From Anthoceros angustus (Eukaryota; Plantae; Anthocerotophyta): a DNA stretch of 12,118 nucleotides. How positions within the stretch are numbered: the stretch's first letter is position 1; every line of letters begins with the position of its first letter. The DNA lies in NCBI GenBank assembly GCA_010909165.1, contig VJWM01000420.1, forward strand, positions 1-12,118, given 5' to 3'. Below, one piece after another: positions 9,536-12,118 of the stretch. Below the pieces are notes generated by a model. That model had not been told where the DNA came from and did not search any database. It saw nothing but the letters and a program-made list of their open reading frames with translations. A program made the translations under genes and the position numbers.

Positions 9536-10550
9536 CCAACCGCATGTCGTGATCTTGCGCGCATCAGGTGCTCAGGCCCCGCCCGTGGTGCATTGCGGAG
9601 ACGGGCAGTCCAGAGCCCGGTTCTGTGGTGATGGGTCTGATGCGGTACAGGATGTTGCGAGGGTGCACTACTAGGTTGTAGAACGTTCTCGCTCACCGAA
9701 TGCCCGAAACTCCATGCATCATGCATTCCGGCCAAGACAAAACGTTTTGCATTCTGGCGGTCGTTGAATGATGAAGACAGGTGACGGACGCATTGCCAGA
9801 GTTCTACCATGAGGACCACGATATCTGCATGTCTGCTGAATAATGTTAGAGGCTGTCTAAGTCTACTGTTGGAAGCTATCTAGTGCGGTTGCGCAGTGGC
9901 AGGGACTACTGAAGGTTCAGGGTTGCTCTCAGACGAATTGTAGCCCCAGCCGCTGAGAATTGTCGCCTGCCCAGCTAGAGGAACTCATGCTCCGCTCCCG
10001 CAGGAGGCCACACAAATGCCACCCCTCTTCCTAACACACTGTTTGTCAGGGCCCACATAAAAGCACGCCAGGCACGCTACCAAGGTCAGTCCTCGATGAC
10101 TATTACTCCCCTACAGACGGGAAGGAGAGGCCTCGATATAGACCACCTCCCTGTCACTGCGGGCTGGCAAGGGAAGCATCAATGACAATCACCTCAAAAC
10201 TACTCGGAGGGCAGAAAATGCTGCCTCCTTGCGCACTTTCCTCCGTTGCCTGGGTTGCCATGAGTTGTTGCAATGGATCCTGTCGGTGGGAGCCATCCAG
10301 TTTGATTCCTGCAGAGGCAGCTCCTGGCAGGGGTGAGCTTTCGGGTTCTGCTGCTGGTGAATCTGGAGCAGAGCAATGTCTCCTCAACCAAGGGCTGCTG
10401 CATTCAAGAGTCCAGGTACCTGCAGGCACCAAATTTGATTTCTCCGATGGCATCATCTCCTGGGAGGACATGCCCAGGGGCTCTCATGCCTGGGCTGTGG
10501 GTGTCAGTGGTGACTCCCGGAGCAGGGCTTTGCTCCTTGCCTGCATCCTG

Positions 10551-10568
10551 CTCCTCCTCCTCCTCCTC
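10551..10568 (+). repeat. (CTC)6 microsatellite (poly-Glu on the minus strand)
   Basis: ctcctcctcctcctcctc. It lies in the acidic minus-strand ORF 10404-10748 (EEEEEE). Confidence 0.85.
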
Positions 10569-11173
10569 TGCTGAGACCTCCATTTCATCTGACTCCGGTG
10601 CTGCACTCCCGTAACAGGGGATATCATCCATGGGGTTAACAGAAACTCGCATCTGGCGTGCGAGAGGAGGGCAACCGTTTCGGAGGTGCGCGTACTGGGT
10701 GGAGAAGAACTGCGCGTTCAGGTGCATGCTGCACTTGTGCCAAGGCACACGAAGCTTGCTCAGCCTTCAACACGGACTTGTGCAAGCACCAAAACGAGAA
10801 GAAAGCATGCAACATTGCCACCTCTGCCATTTCCGACATGATGAAAGCAGAAGGACCTTGCCACGGATTCCCCTCATCTGTATCTTGGCAGCGGCCTCCT
10901 CACCGCCAGAGACTTGAGGATGCTGCATGCCCATTCAAACTGTGCACCAGAACACAACAGAACAGAGCGGTGGATCAACATCGAGTGTGCTCAGACACTC
11001 ACGACTACAACATGGTCCAAGTAGACACACTCGCCTGTAAAGCATCCACCTGTGTGTGGAAACCGTGCACGCAAAGAATCATGTTCCAGGGCCGGTTCTT
11101 CTTTGTCAGCCATGCTCCCTGTTTGACCAGACCGTTGTGCTGCCTCAGACGCCTGCGCGGATTTACAGTGAAT

Positions 11174-11487
11174 CTGTTCCACAACAGACACCTGCTGTCA
11201 GAATTACGGTCAAGCAGGTAAGCGAATTACCATTCCTGCAGCTCCAGTATGCCCGATGTAGGTGCGACCCTTGCTGCGAGGATTCTTGTAGCCTGCATGG
11301 ACAGTACAGGGTCTCTGATACGAATGAGGACTGGAAATACATATGCACATCTGGAAGAGCGAGCATCACGAGATGGCTTTGGACAAATCAATCCGGCCAG
11401 AAAAGACAGACCGCTGTTCCACAACAGACACCTGCTGTCAGAATTACTGTCAAGCAGGTAAAAGCGAATTATCATTCCCTGCAACTC
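11174..11487 (+). repeat. Direct duplication of a ~70 bp segment (11174-11244 and 11414-11487), starts 240 bp apart
   Basis: ctgttccacaacagacacctgctgtcagaattac[g/t]gtcaagcaggtaa is near-identical in both copies, followed by gcgaatta[c/t]cattcc(c)tgca[g/a]ctcc. Confidence 0.92.
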
Positions 11488-11631
11488 CCACGCTACCAGG
11501 AACGGCACTGGTGAACTAGGTAGAAAGATGAAAAGTTGAAAGAGGTAAAAAGCTAAGTTAGTAGCTGGCATGTTAAGAAGATGCATGTGTTCCATGCTTC
11601 ATGCAATCTCTTGTTAGAGAGGAATCCACCG

Positions 11632-12118
11632 CTCCTCCGCCTCCTCGAGCCACGGATCGTCGGGCACACGCCAGTGCTCCTCTTGCTTTCTTGTTGGGAC
11701 TTGAGACTCCAAAATCCCCCGCTCCTCCGTAGCCACCCGCTTCCTCCAAAGTCGAGCCGCGTAAGGTGCCTTGGCTCAAGAGACAAGCAGAGCCGGGTGT
11801 CCGAGCGAGAGAGCGAATCGCGCAGTTGCTTGAAAGAATGATCTCCCGCCACTCCCTCCGCAGTAACCGGCGAAGGGACGCTCGTTGCCGTCGCATAGGT
11901 CCGCATGGCTTACTCTCGCCTTTACGCCGCCGCTTACTCGCCTTACGACGCCCTGCAGCGAGCGTGAATACCGCCATAACGGCCATCGGCAACCCTACGG
12001 TCCGCTCCGTGCGCATTCACCTCTCCATGACGTGGCTCTGCCTCATCTAAAATGCGCCCACTCTAAGTTACTTTACTTGGCGATTTATCCCATCCTACTC
12101 CGGGAGGTGATCCTGACA
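11632..12118 (+). repeat. GC-rich dispersed repeat, copy B (homolog of ~515-980), truncated by the window end at the start of the minisatellite
   Basis: Same collinear matches as copy A. It ends in cctactccgggaggtgatcc, a variant of the 955-1089 unit. TGTTAGA at 11612 is a possible LTR-type boundary. Confidence 0.7.

Overview
Eukaryotic nuclear DNA, most likely from a non-seed land plant (inferred from a TORNADO1-like ROCO paralog, a PLS-type PPR motif and short GT-AG introns). The main feature is a ~4.15 kb minus-strand LRR-ROC-COR (TORNADO1-like ROCO GTPase) gene at ~1779-5930. It has two clear introns and many single-base frameshifts, so it is either a pseudogene or an unpolished long-read assembly. 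Upstream of it, on the same strand, are fragments of unrelated host genes: three ABC1K4-like kinase exons with their introns but lacking the catalytic exon, the C-terminal mu-homology domain of delta-COP, and two unidentified candidate exons. A lone plus-strand PPR motif and several small duplications follow. The whole block lies between two diverged, collinear copies of a GC-rich repeat (~515-980 and ~11632-12118, offset ~11.13 kb). The left copy adjoins a degenerate Ty3/gypsy integrase remnant. The best hypothesis is a transposon-built gene-capture mosaic carrying a ROCO gene. All family assignments come from motif recognition by eye, not database searches.
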